From assembly GCA_014728035.1 (NCBI GenBank), contig WJMJ01000059.1:160001-224000 (forward strand): a stretch of DNA of 64,000 nt. Reading direction: 5' to 3'. Below the pieces are notes generated by a model. That model worked only from the letters and a program-made list of their open reading frames with translations, did no database searches and had not been told where the DNA came from. This DNA is from Promethearchaeota archaeon. Lineage in GTDB: Archaea > Asgardarchaeota > Thorarchaeia > Thorarchaeales > Thorarchaeaceae. The position numbers and the translations under genes are program-made. Shown piece by piece: positions 1-10,042 of the stretch (position 1 is the stretch's first letter; each line of letters opens with the position of its first letter).

Positions 1-864
1 CTATCTGGCTTGTTCTACCGTAGCCTTAATCTATTAGAAAAAGGCATTTTTCCCATTTATGTCTTTGATGGAACATCTCCTGAATTAAAAGAAGATGAAA
101 TTGAACGCAGACGAGAAATTCGCAAGACCGCAAAAGAGGAGTGGGAAACTGCAAAAGCAGAAGGCAGAATTGAGGATGCGCGGAAGGCGGCACAGGCCAG
201 TTCCAGCCTGACATCTGATATGGTTGATGAGAGTAAAGATTTGGTCCGTGCACTTGGCATTCCTGTCATCCAGGCACCTTCGGAAGGAGAGGCGTTAGCA
301 GCCCAGATGACACAGGCAGATATGGTGTGGGCAAGTGCAAGTCAAGATTATGATTCACTTCTCTATAAGTGTCCTCGTACTATTCGAAATCTTTCTATCT
401 CTGGCAGAAGAAGAATTTCCCGAACTAAGTCTTACAAGACAATAAGTCCTGAAGTAATTGATTTAGACTTGAATTTGCGCCTTCTAGAAATATCTCGTGA
501 ACAATTAATTGATATTGCTATTCTTGTTGGAACTGACTATAATGATGGGGTTCGCGGGGTTGGTCCAAAAACAGCACTCAGGCTCATAAAGAAACATGAC
601 TCGATTGATAAAATAGTTTCAGAGGGCATTAAAGAGATTGATTTTCCCTATGAGGAAATTAGAAATATCTTTCTGAACCCTCCTACAGCAGATATAAGTG
701 AACCAGAGTGGACCAATCCTAATTATGAGCGAATCAAAGAGTTATTGGTGGAGCAACATGATTTCAGTGAGAACAGAATCAATAGTTCATTGGAACGATT
801 AAGAGATGCACAACAAGAATTAGCTGATAAAGCTTCACAAAGTTCTCTGACCGATTTCTTCTAA
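1..864 (+). CDS. fen: Flap endonuclease 1 (5'-truncated by window edge)
   Basis: LSGLFYR from base 1; YVFDG, APSEGEA, ASQDYD and GTDYN..GVGPKTA motifs; C-terminal PIP box QSSLTDFF. Confidence 0.97.
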   Translation, partial: LSGLFYRSLNLLEKGIFPIYVFDGTSPELKEDEIERRREIRKTAKEEWETAKAEGRIEDARKAAQASSSLTSDMVDESKDLVRALGIPVIQAPSEGEALAAQMTQADMVWASASQDYDSLLYKCPRTIRNLSISGRRRISRTKSYKTISPEVIDLDLNLRLLEISREQLIDIAILVGTDYNDGVRGVGPKTALRLIKKHDSIDKIVSEGIKEIDFPYEEIRNIFLNPPTADISEPEWTNPNYERIKELLVEQHDFSENRINSSLERLRDAQQELADKASQSSLTDFF

Positions 865-923
865 TTAGCGAGAACTCTAAATAGCACTGTAAGAACGAAA
901 TATCACTTGAAAGGTGGTCTTGA

Positions 924-1580
924 ATGAAAGAACGTATGACCGCGATTAGAGCCTCTATGGCTGATGTTGTTAATGGTACCTATGATGATGATGGTGGTCC
1001 TCGTGTTGTATCACCAAAAGGCGTTGAGCTTAGACGTGTTTTGCTGGTAGGGCATGTTATTGATCAGTATATTGGTAAAGATAACTACTCAGTAGTTACA
1101 CTAGATGATGGTACTGCGACAGTACGAATAAAGGCATGGGGTTCTGAAGCTAGCTTATTAGAACCAGTTCGGTTAGGATCTCTCGTCATTGTTATGGGCA
1201 AAGTACGGGAGTACAACGAAGAAATTTATCTCACTCCAGAAATTATTCGTGAAGTATCTGATCCCAACTATATGACTCTCCATCTAATGGAACGCCATCG
1301 TACTGTATTGCTTAGTGGTGGATCTGCAACCATGATGCAATCCGTATCAGCATCCCCCTCTAAACCAAAACCCGTTTCATCAGAAACTGGCTCTCTGGGG
1401 GGTAAAATTCTGGAATATGTCAAATCCAATGCAGATGCCTCAGGGATTTCTAACCAAGACATCGTACACTTTTTTGAAGCAAGAGGATTTGAAAAATCTG
1501 AAATTCACCTACAACTCATTGAATTGCAGGAAAAAGAGCTTCTTACAGAAATCGCTGTGGGAAAATATATACTAACCTAA
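924..1580 (+). CDS. RPA32/RPA2-like OB-fold ssDNA-binding protein with probable C-terminal winged helix
   Basis: RVLLVG...TLDDGTA.VRIKAW...GKVREY.EEIYLTPE OB-fold pattern; low-complexity linker; wHTH-like C-terminus. Confidence 0.75.
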   Translation: MKERMTAIRASMADVVNGTYDDDGGPRVVSPKGVELRRVLLVGHVIDQYIGKDNYSVVTLDDGTATVRIKAWGSEASLLEPVRLGSLVIVMGKVREYNEEIYLTPEIIREVSDPNYMTLHLMERHRTVLLSGGSATMMQSVSASPSKPKPVSSETGSLGGKILEYVKSNADASGISNQDIVHFFEARGFEKSEIHLQLIELQEKELLTEIAVGKYILT

Positions 1581-1640
1581 CCATCTTCGTACTATGCGAA
1601 ATGACAAGCTTCAATAACACAAATGATGTGATTTCTAAAT

Positions 1641-2054
1641 ATGGACGACTATGATAGTTTACTCGACCGGGCTAGATCCAAGATTCCCGAAGATGCATTC
1701 AAAAGATCTGGAGAGCGCTTTCAAGTTCCTTCTGTCCAATTGATAGTTCAAGGAAATCGAAGTATTTGGCAGAACTTTCAGGAAATCATTACAGTTCTTA
1801 ACCGTCCTGGAAAGGAAGTTATGAAATTTGTTTCAGGACAACTTGCTACCGCTGGAAACTTTGAAGGAAGTACCGCCATATTCAATGGCAAATTCTCCGC
1901 TGAACAGGTTGAATCTGTTCTAGGCCAATATATTGAATCATATGTGCTTTGCCCAGTATGCACTCGTCCGGATACAAGTATTGAAAAAGAAGGCAATGCA
2001 TATTATTTGTCCTGTTCCGCTTGTGGTGCTCTTACCTCTATTCGCCCAGTCTAA
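1641..2054 (+). CDS. eif2b: Translation initiation factor aIF-2 beta
   Basis: DYDSLLDRA...ERF...NR P...LAT motifs; CPVC...CSACG zinc ribbon. Confidence 0.95.
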   Translation: MDDYDSLLDRARSKIPEDAFKRSGERFQVPSVQLIVQGNRSIWQNFQEIITVLNRPGKEVMKFVSGQLATAGNFEGSTAIFNGKFSAEQVESVLGQYIESYVLCPVCTRPDTSIEKEGNAYYLSCSACGALTSIRPV

Positions 2055-2068
2055 AAGGAGAATTCACA

Positions 2069-2368
2069 ATGGTCCAAGTCTATATGCGGATTCATGAGCG
2101 GGTTGATCATTATCTCGTAAGTATCTGTGATATGGAGCTACTTGGAAAGACTCTTACTGATGGTAAGATTAAATTCAAAGTCAGTGAAGAGTTCTATGGT
2201 GGGGATTTGGTAGATCTAGAAACGTGTATGACCCACCTCAAGAAAGCAACAATTGCAAACATGGTAGGAAAATCTACTGTGGATGCCGCGGTCAATGCAG
2301 GATTAGTTCATGAACAGGCTATCTTATACATTGAAGGACATCCACATGCTCAGTGGGTGAAACTTTAG
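2069..2368 (+). CDS. DUF424 family protein
   Basis: ICD.ELLGK...V.EEFYGG...ATIAN.VG...V..A motif; SD AAGGAG before ATG at 2069. Confidence 0.85.
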   Translation: MVQVYMRIHERVDHYLVSICDMELLGKTLTDGKIKFKVSEEFYGGDLVDLETCMTHLKKATIANMVGKSTVDAAVNAGLVHEQAILYIEGHPHAQWVKL

Positions 2369-2372
2369 AATA

Positions 2373-2747
2373 CTAGTGTTGTTTACCTCCACCACAGAGT
2401 GATTCATCACCGAACAGGGTACCATTTCCTTTCAAATAGTTATCAATAACTTCACGAACGGTTGAACCCACTGCTTTCATAACAGATATTCCTACTTGTT
2501 GACTTATCATATATGGTCTACCTCCCATTCCTGTGGCTAGAAGGACTTTCACTCCTCTATCGGCAAGCAACATCACTGGTTCCGCACAACTCCTGTGACT
2601 ACTATTTTCAATTGTTTCAACATCCACTATCTTGCCGTCTTCGATTGTTGAAACAACGAAGGCTGGGCAATGACCAAAATGGCTGCTGACTTGGCTATCA
2701 AGTCCCGTTAATTCACTTGCTGGTACTGCAACTTTTTCACTCTGCAT
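2373..2747 (-). CDS. NifB/NifX family (FeMo-cofactor-binding-like) protein
   Basis: KVAVP...VSSHFGHCP.F...GMG motif; directly downstream of DUF134, a usual pairing. Confidence 0.85.
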   Translation of the reverse strand: MQSEKVAVPASELTGLDSQVSSHFGHCPAFVVSTIEDGKIVDVETIENSSHRSCAEPVMLLADRGVKVLLATGMGGRPYMISQQVGISVMKAVGSTVREVIDNYLKGNGTLFGDESLCGGGKQH

Positions 2748-2752
2748 TATGT

Positions 2753-3172
2753 TCACCGTAATCGTAGTAGACTTGTTGAGCCACACTCAGGACAAGTCTT
2801 CCTTATGACATCTGTCATATTCAAAGATGTTTTACAATCCTCGCATTCAAGGATTAAATCCTGATCAGCTATGATGTAAACCCCTCCCTCTATTCTCAAT
2901 ACTAGACCTCGAACTAAAGCTTTTGCTACTTTTTCTCTAGCTGATGCTAAAATTCTGTTAAGGGTGGGCTGACTAACATCCATTTCAAGACTAGCTTCTC
3001 TCTGATTCAAGCCTAAGTAATCTGTTAGTTTTAACGCCTCAAATTCATCAACACTAATTCTAATCTCGTCTAGCTCTTTTGCTGGGATTCCTGCAGGTTT
3101 ATACACGGAAACTTTGGGTTCCCATGAGACCTTTCGTTGACGTTTTCTACGAGGCATGGTCATTTCATGCAT
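2753..3172 (-). CDS. DUF134 HTH protein with C-terminal Zn ribbon (start probably 3157)
   Basis: MPRRK..R...YKP.G...DEFEALKL.D..GL.Q.EA...M.VS..T..R.L.SAR.KVA.AL; CEDC/CPEC. Confidence 0.88.
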   Translation of the reverse strand: MHEMTMPRRKRQRKVSWEPKVSVYKPAGIPAKELDEIRISVDEFEALKLTDYLGLNQREASLEMDVSQPTLNRILASAREKVAKALVRGLVLRIEGGVYIIADQDLILECEDCKTSLNMTDVIRKTCPECGSTSLLRLR

Positions 3173-3245
3173 TATGATTCACAAAAGTCTTCTGATAGCT
3201 GCTGTCCATTCCATTACATTATTAGTGAATTCTACTTTTTTTTAG

Positions 3246-4331
3246 ATGATTAGAGTGACTCTACCATGCTATCAATGTGGCGAAGAAGCTATCCTGGAAG
3301 GACTTTGTCCAACCTGCTACCGCAAAAAATACCCTCTTGTGGAAGTTCGAACCCCCATCAAAATCACTGCTTGTAAGCGATGTGGGTCAATAAAGATTCC
3401 AGGTGGCTGGAAGACAATTCCAGGAAACATTGATGATTCAGAAGAATTAATGAATACTCAAGCCTCGTATGCTATCGGTCTTGAGGTTGGACTTCTAAAC
3501 CCAGCTGTAGAGTTGACAATAGATATTGAAAATCGCCTTGATCGAGTTTTACATGTCGATTTGATTGCATATGGAATGTCGCATAAAAAACTTGAACCCC
3601 ATGAAGAACACTATCCTGTTGAATTGAGGTTTCATTATGCTACATGTGGTACTTGTGGAATGATGAGTGGAGGATATCATGAAGCTATATTGCAGATACG
3701 TGCTGATGAACGTGAAGTATCTCAAGAAGAAATAACTGAAATCTTACGTATTGTGACAGATAAAACTGTCAGCAAATATGGTCAAGATACTAAAGCATTT
3801 GTAACGGAAGTAACTGAAAATAAATTTGGGATGGATTTGCGAATCGGATCTGAGCATCTCGCTAAGAGAATTGCTGACCAGCTTGAATCTCAATACCTTG
3901 CGGAGCGAAAAGACAATTACAAACTAATTGGTCAAGAAAAGGGTGGAAAGGAAAAATACCGTATCACTATTCTTATTCGACTACCTCGATTTCAGATAGG
4001 TGACTTTGTTAAAGTGAATAACTCTCCGTGTCAAGTGATTTCTTTGGGTAAAGGGGGACTCGGATGTTTTGATTTGCAAACTAGAGAGTCCTTCACTATT
4101 AATCCTAAGAGTGCAAAATGGAGAACTCTTGAGTTTCTGGACAAAGAAACCGTAACTCGTGAATACATGGTTACAATGAGGGCGTTTGACCAACCAATTC
4201 AGATAATGGATTCGAAAACCTTCGAAATATTAGAAATAGACCCCTCTCGTTTTGACAGTCCAGCTGAAACAGGAGGTACGGTACATGGTGTATTCCTTGA
4301 AGGAACCTTCTATCTCCTACCTATGAATTGA
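3246..4331 (+). CDS. nmd3: Nmd3 large-subunit biogenesis factor
   Basis: Four CxxC pairs and GGYHEAILQIR signature; next to aIF1A/Rio1. Confidence 0.9.
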   Translation: MIRVTLPCYQCGEEAILEGLCPTCYRKKYPLVEVRTPIKITACKRCGSIKIPGGWKTIPGNIDDSEELMNTQASYAIGLEVGLLNPAVELTIDIENRLDRVLHVDLIAYGMSHKKLEPHEEHYPVELRFHYATCGTCGMMSGGYHEAILQIRADEREVSQEEITEILRIVTDKTVSKYGQDTKAFVTEVTENKFGMDLRIGSEHLAKRIADQLESQYLAERKDNYKLIGQEKGGKEKYRITILIRLPRFQIGDFVKVNNSPCQVISLGKGGLGCFDLQTRESFTINPKSAKWRTLEFLDKETVTREYMVTMRAFDQPIQIMDSKTFEILEIDPSRFDSPAETGGTVHGVFLEGTFYLLPMN

Positions 4332-4419
4332 TGGTAAATCTCTTCCGAGTTCGGTACTCTTAAATGGCTTATTATCACTTTTTAAAAAGACTAACAAGGT
4401 CCTTTATTGGAGGTATATT

Positions 4420-4734
4420 TTGTCACCCAGAAAAGATTCATCCGAAACCGAAACCTTTCGAGTACGAACACCAAGACGCCAAGATGGTGAAATATTTGGT
4501 ATAATAATTCAGATGCTTGGCCATGATAGAGTTCGTGTAAGGTGTGAAGATGAAGAAATCAGAGTAGGTAGAATTCCCGGAAGAATGAAGAAAAGAGTTT
4601 GGATGAGAGTCGGGGATACTGTACTAGTTGTACCTTGGGATTTTCAAAGCGATGAAAAATGCGATGTAGTTTGGCGTTACCGAAATAATGAGATTGATTG
4701 GTTAAAGAATCGCGGAATCCTTAAGATGTTCTAA
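4420..4734 (+). CDS. eif1a: Translation initiation factor aIF-1A
   Basis: MLG..RVRVRCED...RIPGRMKKRVW...GD.VLV.PWDFQ..K.D..WRY. Confidence 0.97.
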   Translation: MSPRKDSSETETFRVRTPRRQDGEIFGIIIQMLGHDRVRVRCEDEEIRVGRIPGRMKKRVWMRVGDTVLVVPWDFQSDEKCDVVWRYRNNEIDWLKNRGILKMF

Positions 4735-4796
4735 TCTCAATATTTTCATTATGCAATGTTTAGTTAAAGGGAACTCTTCTCTTTTTTTCTTTTTAG

Positions 4797-5597
4797 ATGG
4801 TGTATAGTATGAAAAAGGCAGACTCTGAGTATGATCGTATTATTTCAGAGCTGGATCGCCGAAAAATGAAAAGGCGAAAAGATGTTGACGAATTCAAGGT
4901 AGTTGAGGGTGTTATTGATATCCCCACACTGAAGGCTCTTTATAGATTGTTCAATCGTAGCACTCTGAATGCTCTTCATGGAGTAGTAAGTACAGGAAAG
5001 GAGGCAAATGTTTATCGTGGTGAAGATGCAGATGGAAAGGCGGTTGCTGTAAAGATTTATCGTGTCAGCACTGCAGAAACTGACTTCATGCTGGAATATA
5101 TCATGGGTGACCCGCGATTTAAGAGGGTTAAGAAAAGGAGTCGTTCTTTGATACCTATTTGGGCTCTTAAAGAATTCAAAAATCTCACTCGATTTGATGA
5201 AGCTGGAATCCGTGTTCCCAAACCAATTGATATCGAAAGAAATGTTTTAGTAATGGAGTTTATTGGTGATGATGAAAAGTTTATCCCTGCTCCCTTATTA
5301 AAAGACGTAGTGTTGGATTCTCCAATTGATGTATTTGATGAAATAATATCAATGATTGAAATTGCATATACTGATGCAGATCTTGTTCATGCCGATTTGA
5401 GTGAGTTTAATATCCTTTGGTGGAACGGTCCTGTTATCATTGATGTTTCACAGGCGGTATTGTATAAACATGACTACGCAAAAAAATACCTTCGTCGGGA
5501 CATTGATAATATCTCAAAGTATTTCGGCCGATTAGGTGTCGAATCTGCAGACTCTGAAGAGATAGCTAGATACATTATATCTTCTGGTGAAAAATAA
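4797..5597 (+). CDS. rio1: RIO1 family Ser/Thr kinase
   Basis: STGKEANVY, AVKIY, LVHADLSEFN, IIDVSQAV. Confidence 0.96.
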   Translation: MVYSMKKADSEYDRIISELDRRKMKRRKDVDEFKVVEGVIDIPTLKALYRLFNRSTLNALHGVVSTGKEANVYRGEDADGKAVAVKIYRVSTAETDFMLEYIMGDPRFKRVKKRSRSLIPIWALKEFKNLTRFDEAGIRVPKPIDIERNVLVMEFIGDDEKFIPAPLLKDVVLDSPIDVFDEIISMIEIAYTDADLVHADLSEFNILWWNGPVIIDVSQAVLYKHDYAKKYLRRDIDNISKYFGRLGVESADSEEIARYIISSGEK

Positions 5598-5599
5598 CG

Positions 5600-6166
5600 A
5601 TGTTATATCATGAAACTATTCGAATTCCGCAAGAACGTGTTGGCGTGTTAGTTGGCCGTGATGGTAGAGTAAAAAGAAGAATCGAAAAACTAACAAACAC
5701 AGATTTGGAAATTGACTCTGAAGGTACTGTAACGATTACGAATCCTGAAAAATCAGAAAATCCTGTTTTAGCATGGAAGGCACGAAATATTGTTCGTGCC
5801 ATAGCTCGTGGATTTAGTCCTAAACGTGCACTCTCATTAATAGATGATGATGCTCAACTGGTCATAGTTTCTTTGAAAGATGCAGTTGGATCATCGCCAA
5901 GTCAAATTCAACGAGTTGCTGGAAGAATAATTGGAGAACGTGGAAGAACACGACGTGTTATTGAAGAGATAACTGAAACAAAAGTATCAGTCTATGGCAA
6001 GACCGTATCGATAATTGGTGTTCCCCCAGGATTAGATTTTGCTCGAAGAGCCATCGATATGCTGATTACAGGGGCTCCACACAGTGCGGTATACACTCGT
6101 CTTGAAAGTATGCGAAGAGAAATGAATCGCATGAGAGCTGAACTATGGGAAGAGCATCCAGAATAG
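5600..6166 (+). CDS. dim2: KH-domain rRNA processing protein (Dim2/Pno1/Krr1-like)
   Basis: Two KH GxxG loops; AIARGFSP, GRIIGE.GRTR, GAPH..VY. Confidence 0.93.
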   Translation: MLYHETIRIPQERVGVLVGRDGRVKRRIEKLTNTDLEIDSEGTVTITNPEKSENPVLAWKARNIVRAIARGFSPKRALSLIDDDAQLVIVSLKDAVGSSPSQIQRVAGRIIGERGRTRRVIEEITETKVSVYGKTVSIIGVPPGLDFARRAIDMLITGAPHSAVYTRLESMRREMNRMRAELWEEHPE

Positions 6167-6214
6167 TAATACGGAATTTGATAAGCGAATAATCAATAAT
6201 TTTGATGATATAGT

Positions 6215-7726
6215 ATGAAATCCGGTTCAGAAGACAATTTCAGCAGTATTTCACCTGCTGAGTTCTTCTATCGTAATAAGCAGATGGCTGGCTTTGGAAA
6301 TCCTACTCAAGCTGTTTATTCTACGGTGCGTGAACTAGTTGAAAATGCTCTTGATGCATGTGAAGAAAAAAAAGTATTTCCTGAAATTCAAGTTATCATC
6401 AAGTCTATTGATACCAACACGCTATCAATAACCGTTTCAGATAATGGAACTGGCCTACCTCACAATCAAATACCCCGTGCGTTCGGTCGAATCTTATATG
6501 GTAGTAAATATGATGCAAGACAGCGTAGAGGGACTTTTGGACTTGGAGTTACTATGGCTGTTCTCTATGGTCAGATTACAACTGATACTCCAGTAATAAT
6601 TCACACACAACAAGAGAATTCCCCTGGAGTTTTCATAACTTTGACAATTGACATAGAAAAAAATCAACCGGTTGTTATCTCTGAAGATACCAGAAAGCGT
6701 AAACCGCCAGGAACTACTGTTACTATTCATCTTCAAGGAGATTTGACACGTTCAAGGGATAGGATTATCGAATACCTTACCCTTTCTACCATCGGCTCTC
6801 CTCACGCAAAAATAAAGCTAGAAATTGATGATTCTACATCTATGGCATGGGGTGCTTTCAGTGATGAGTATCCTGCATCAACAATATCTTGCAAACCCCA
6901 TCCTAGGTCTGCAGATTTCGAAATTTTACGTCGCCTTCTTAGAGCCAACCCAAATCTGAGCATTCACCAGTTTCTTGTTGAAAGCTTCCAACAGGTTGGA
7001 GATCGTACAGCTTCAAAGTTCCTCACGTTTATGGGGTTCGATTCTGAAATGAAGGTGACCGATTTGTCAAGAAAATTAATAGTTCGATTAAGTAATGCAT
7101 TGCAAAAATATGATGAATTTAATCGTCCTGATGCACGTTGTCTGAGTGCAATTGGTAAAGCCCCCATGATAGACTCCATTGAATCACTTTTCAGTCCCGA
7201 TTTCGTTGCATACGAATTCCAGAACCCTTCCGAGTGGAATGGACATCCCTTCATCCTTGAGGGTATTTTAGCTATCGGACCGGATTTTCGCCCAGTATCT
7301 ATACCCACTCTCTACCGTTTTGCAAATCGCGTTCCTCTCCTATATGATGCAAGTGAAGATATTCTTACAAAGGTTCTCCGGCAACTTCGATGGAGTCGCT
7401 ATGGATTAAAGTCTCCTCGCCCAGTAGCGATTTTCATAAATTTATGTTCTACTAGGGTTCCTTACAAGGCTGCTGGAAAGCAGTCAATTGCTGCTATTCC
7501 ACAGCTTGAATCGGCAGCGGACCTATTGTTTAAAGCACTTGGACGAAAACTAAACTCTGCAGTAAGAATGTCTGAACGATCTAGTCGTTACAAGCAACAG
7601 ATTAGAAAATTCACGAAATATTTCAAGCATATCGTCCAATTCAGTGCCGAGCTAGCTGACAGTAGCTCAATTCCCCCTGTTGATTCAATGATTCAAGATT
7701 TGTTTGAGGTGGATGTAGATGAATAA
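6215..7726 (+). CDS. top6B: DNA topoisomerase VI subunit B
   Basis: SPAEFF, ELVENALDA, DNGTG, RGTFGLG GHKL motifs; RFANRVPLLYD transducer. Confidence 0.96.
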   Translation: MKSGSEDNFSSISPAEFFYRNKQMAGFGNPTQAVYSTVRELVENALDACEEKKVFPEIQVIIKSIDTNTLSITVSDNGTGLPHNQIPRAFGRILYGSKYDARQRRGTFGLGVTMAVLYGQITTDTPVIIHTQQENSPGVFITLTIDIEKNQPVVISEDTRKRKPPGTTVTIHLQGDLTRSRDRIIEYLTLSTIGSPHAKIKLEIDDSTSMAWGAFSDEYPASTISCKPHPRSADFEILRRLLRANPNLSIHQFLVESFQQVGDRTASKFLTFMGFDSEMKVTDLSRKLIVRLSNALQKYDEFNRPDARCLSAIGKAPMIDSIESLFSPDFVAYEFQNPSEWNGHPFILEGILAIGPDFRPVSIPTLYRFANRVPLLYDASEDILTKVLRQLRWSRYGLKSPRPVAIFINLCSTRVPYKAAGKQSIAAIPQLESAADLLFKALGRKLNSAVRMSERSSRYKQQIRKFTKYFKHIVQFSAELADSSSIPPVDSMIQDLFEVDVDE

Positions 7727-8780
7727 GAAAAAAGAGGATTCCCCTCTTGATGTGCTGAAAGACTTCGGTTCTAGACTTATGGTTGAAATCCAACGGGGTG
7801 TTTTCCCATCTATTTCCTTTCCAGATCGTGGTACTGATAATATTAGATTTGATTCGGATCTTGGGCGATTTACTCTTGGAAATGCCACTATTACCCGCGA
7901 CTCTAGTAATTTAAAACACATCAGAAGTTTTGCTCAACTTGTTTGGGTTGCCTCTTTTGTAAAGCAACTCCTTGAATCTGGTAGAACAAGCTCACTTAGG
8001 GACTTGTATTATTCTGCAGAAGCCTACGATGTAGAGTTTAAGAATCAAGCGGAATCGGACCGTATTATTACTGACTTAGAATGTGTGACAGGACTTGCAC
8101 GTGAAGACTTCGCTATCTATTCGGAAGAGCATTCCTCTATCTTTGGTCAACTTGTGATGAGATATACCGTGCCTGGATATGAGGACAAAACAGTAAATCT
8201 CACAATGAGTCCCGATGGTCTTCCTATTGGACCTGCACTTATGACTGCAGAACCTGTATCATCAGATGCAAGATGTATTCTTGCTGTTGAGTCGGGAGGT
8301 ATTTTTTCAAGATTGATTGAAACTCGTGCATGGGATCGCTTTGGCTGTATACTTGTTCATCTAGGTGGACAACCTCCACGCTCAACACGTCGGCTTATGC
8401 GAAAATTATGTGTACATTTGGACTTACCACTTTTTATCTTCACAGATGGTGACCCATGGGGTATGCATATTGCTCAAGTAATTATCAGTGGAAGTGCAAA
8501 TGCTGCTCACATCTCTGAACTGACAGTTCCTTCAGCAAAGTGGATTGGTATCACTCCCGAGGATATAACTCATTATAGTTTACCCTCTGAAGATATGAAA
8601 AACGTAGACCTAAAACGACTTGATGAGCTAACTCGTGATATTCGTTACGCTGATGAAACTTGGCAGAAACATATCCATCGTTTCAGGGAACTCAGAAAGA
8701 AAGCTGAACAGCAATCTTTCAGTAAATATGGTGTTGACTTTGTAGTGGATACATACCTGCCTGATAAACTGAATATTTGA
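7719..8780 (+). CDS. top6A: DNA topoisomerase VI subunit A (Spo11-like)
   Basis: LRDLYY catalytic Tyr; TOPRIM AVE...G.P...TR, FTDGDPWG; KAEQQ. Confidence 0.96.
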   Translation: MNKKKEDSPLDVLKDFGSRLMVEIQRGVFPSISFPDRGTDNIRFDSDLGRFTLGNATITRDSSNLKHIRSFAQLVWVASFVKQLLESGRTSSLRDLYYSAEAYDVEFKNQAESDRIITDLECVTGLAREDFAIYSEEHSSIFGQLVMRYTVPGYEDKTVNLTMSPDGLPIGPALMTAEPVSSDARCILAVESGGIFSRLIETRAWDRFGCILVHLGGQPPRSTRRLMRKLCVHLDLPLFIFTDGDPWGMHIAQVIISGSANAAHISELTVPSAKWIGITPEDITHYSLPSEDMKNVDLKRLDELTRDIRYADETWQKHIHRFRELRKKAEQQSFSKYGVDFVVDTYLPDKLNI

Positions 8781-8786
8781 CCTCTC

Positions 8787-9815
8787 TCAAAGATACGTAA
8801 GAAGAAGAAATACTACGGTTCCATATGCAAGTACTGCTTGAATAAGCATAAGCAGCCGAACGTTCTTCTTTTCTGTTATCTTATTTGATAAGTGTGGAAA
8901 CAACCAATACATTGTGAATGGTCCAGTTACTTCAAGTGTGCCATCATTTCTCACATTTGCAAATTTTGCATATTCAATTCCTGTCTTTTTAACATATAAT
9001 CTATAAAACAGATACATTACAAAATTTAGTAGAAATGGCATGTAGAGCATTATAGCGAGTCTATCCATGTTTCCTATTATCAGTGCCGCTGCTAGCGTTG
9101 CACCAATAGGCAAACGACCAACATCACCCGGAAGTATTTTCGCGGGAAACCGATTGAAAACAAAAAAAGCGCTAACAGCTCCAAAGAGAGCAGCTGCAAC
9201 TATTCCCGAGTCCATTAGTATACTTGTTGACTCATCAGTAAGCACTTGTGTCATTATACTATAAATGATGACTGCAGAAGAGTTGATAGCAGCTAATCCC
9301 GATTCGAGTCCATTCATTCCTCCATACATATTTGTTGAATCAATGATGAAAGTCATCATTAATGGCACAACTGCTAAAGGATATAGTATACCCAAATCTA
9401 TTGTACCGATTAACGGTATATTCATAGTTCTCGTACCAACTTGTAGTGCTATCATTGGGATTGAAGCCACGAGTGGAAGAACTACTTTTGTTCTATTTCG
9501 AAAATCTAAGTTATCATCGAGTATTCCAATCATGCTTGCCATTAAAATTGAAACAAGTGCTGCAAGCAGAGCTGGATTGACAGTTTCAGATTGCTCCAGA
9601 AACGAGGTCATCCCGATCACAATAAGGAGTCCCGTAACAATTGCAAAAAGAATCACAAATCCTCCACCCTTTGGGACTTTTGGACGGTCAATTTTATGAA
9701 CGTCTTCTCCGTAAATTCCTTTTTCTTCCAGCATCTGAATTGTTCCGGGTGTGAATATGATTACAATCAGAAAAGATGTGATTGCAGCTACAAGAATCGA
9801 TAACACGGTTGACAC
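8787..9815 (-). CDS. aglH: UDP-GlcNAc:dolichyl-phosphate GlcNAc-1-P transferase (AglH/Alg7/DPAGT1, MraY/GT4 family)
   Basis: Multi-TM; G.DVHK..P.VP..GG, GILDD, N..GGMNGLE, FNRFPAK..PGD motifs. Confidence 0.85.
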   Translation of the reverse strand: MSTVLSILVAAITSFLIVIIFTPGTIQMLEEKGIYGEDVHKIDRPKVPKGGGFVILFAIVTGLLIVIGMTSFLEQSETVNPALLAALVSILMASMIGILDDNLDFRNRTKVVLPLVASIPMIALQVGTRTMNIPLIGTIDLGILYPLAVVPLMMTFIIDSTNMYGGMNGLESGLAAINSSAVIIYSIMTQVLTDESTSILMDSGIVAAALFGAVSAFFVFNRFPAKILPGDVGRLPIGATLAAALIIGNMDRLAIMLYMPFLLNFVMYLFYRLYVKKTGIEYAKFANVRNDGTLEVTGPFTMYWLFPHLSNKITEKKNVRLLMLIQAVLAYGTVVFLLLTYL

Positions 9816-10042
9816 TCCTTAATATTTTGGTTTACTAACCTTTTTTCAATCTTTGGTAGTCGTGAAAGTTGTACAAATTCCTCATTAGATATGAAAAGAA
9901 TCATTCAGACTATACCAAAATTTTGTTACAATCACTATTCTAACGCAAACTATTTTAACTAACTATCAGCTCGACGCCATTGCACATGGTCGGTTGAATG
10001 AGACCATAGACTATCGACCAAACAGATAACCGGTGATTCATA

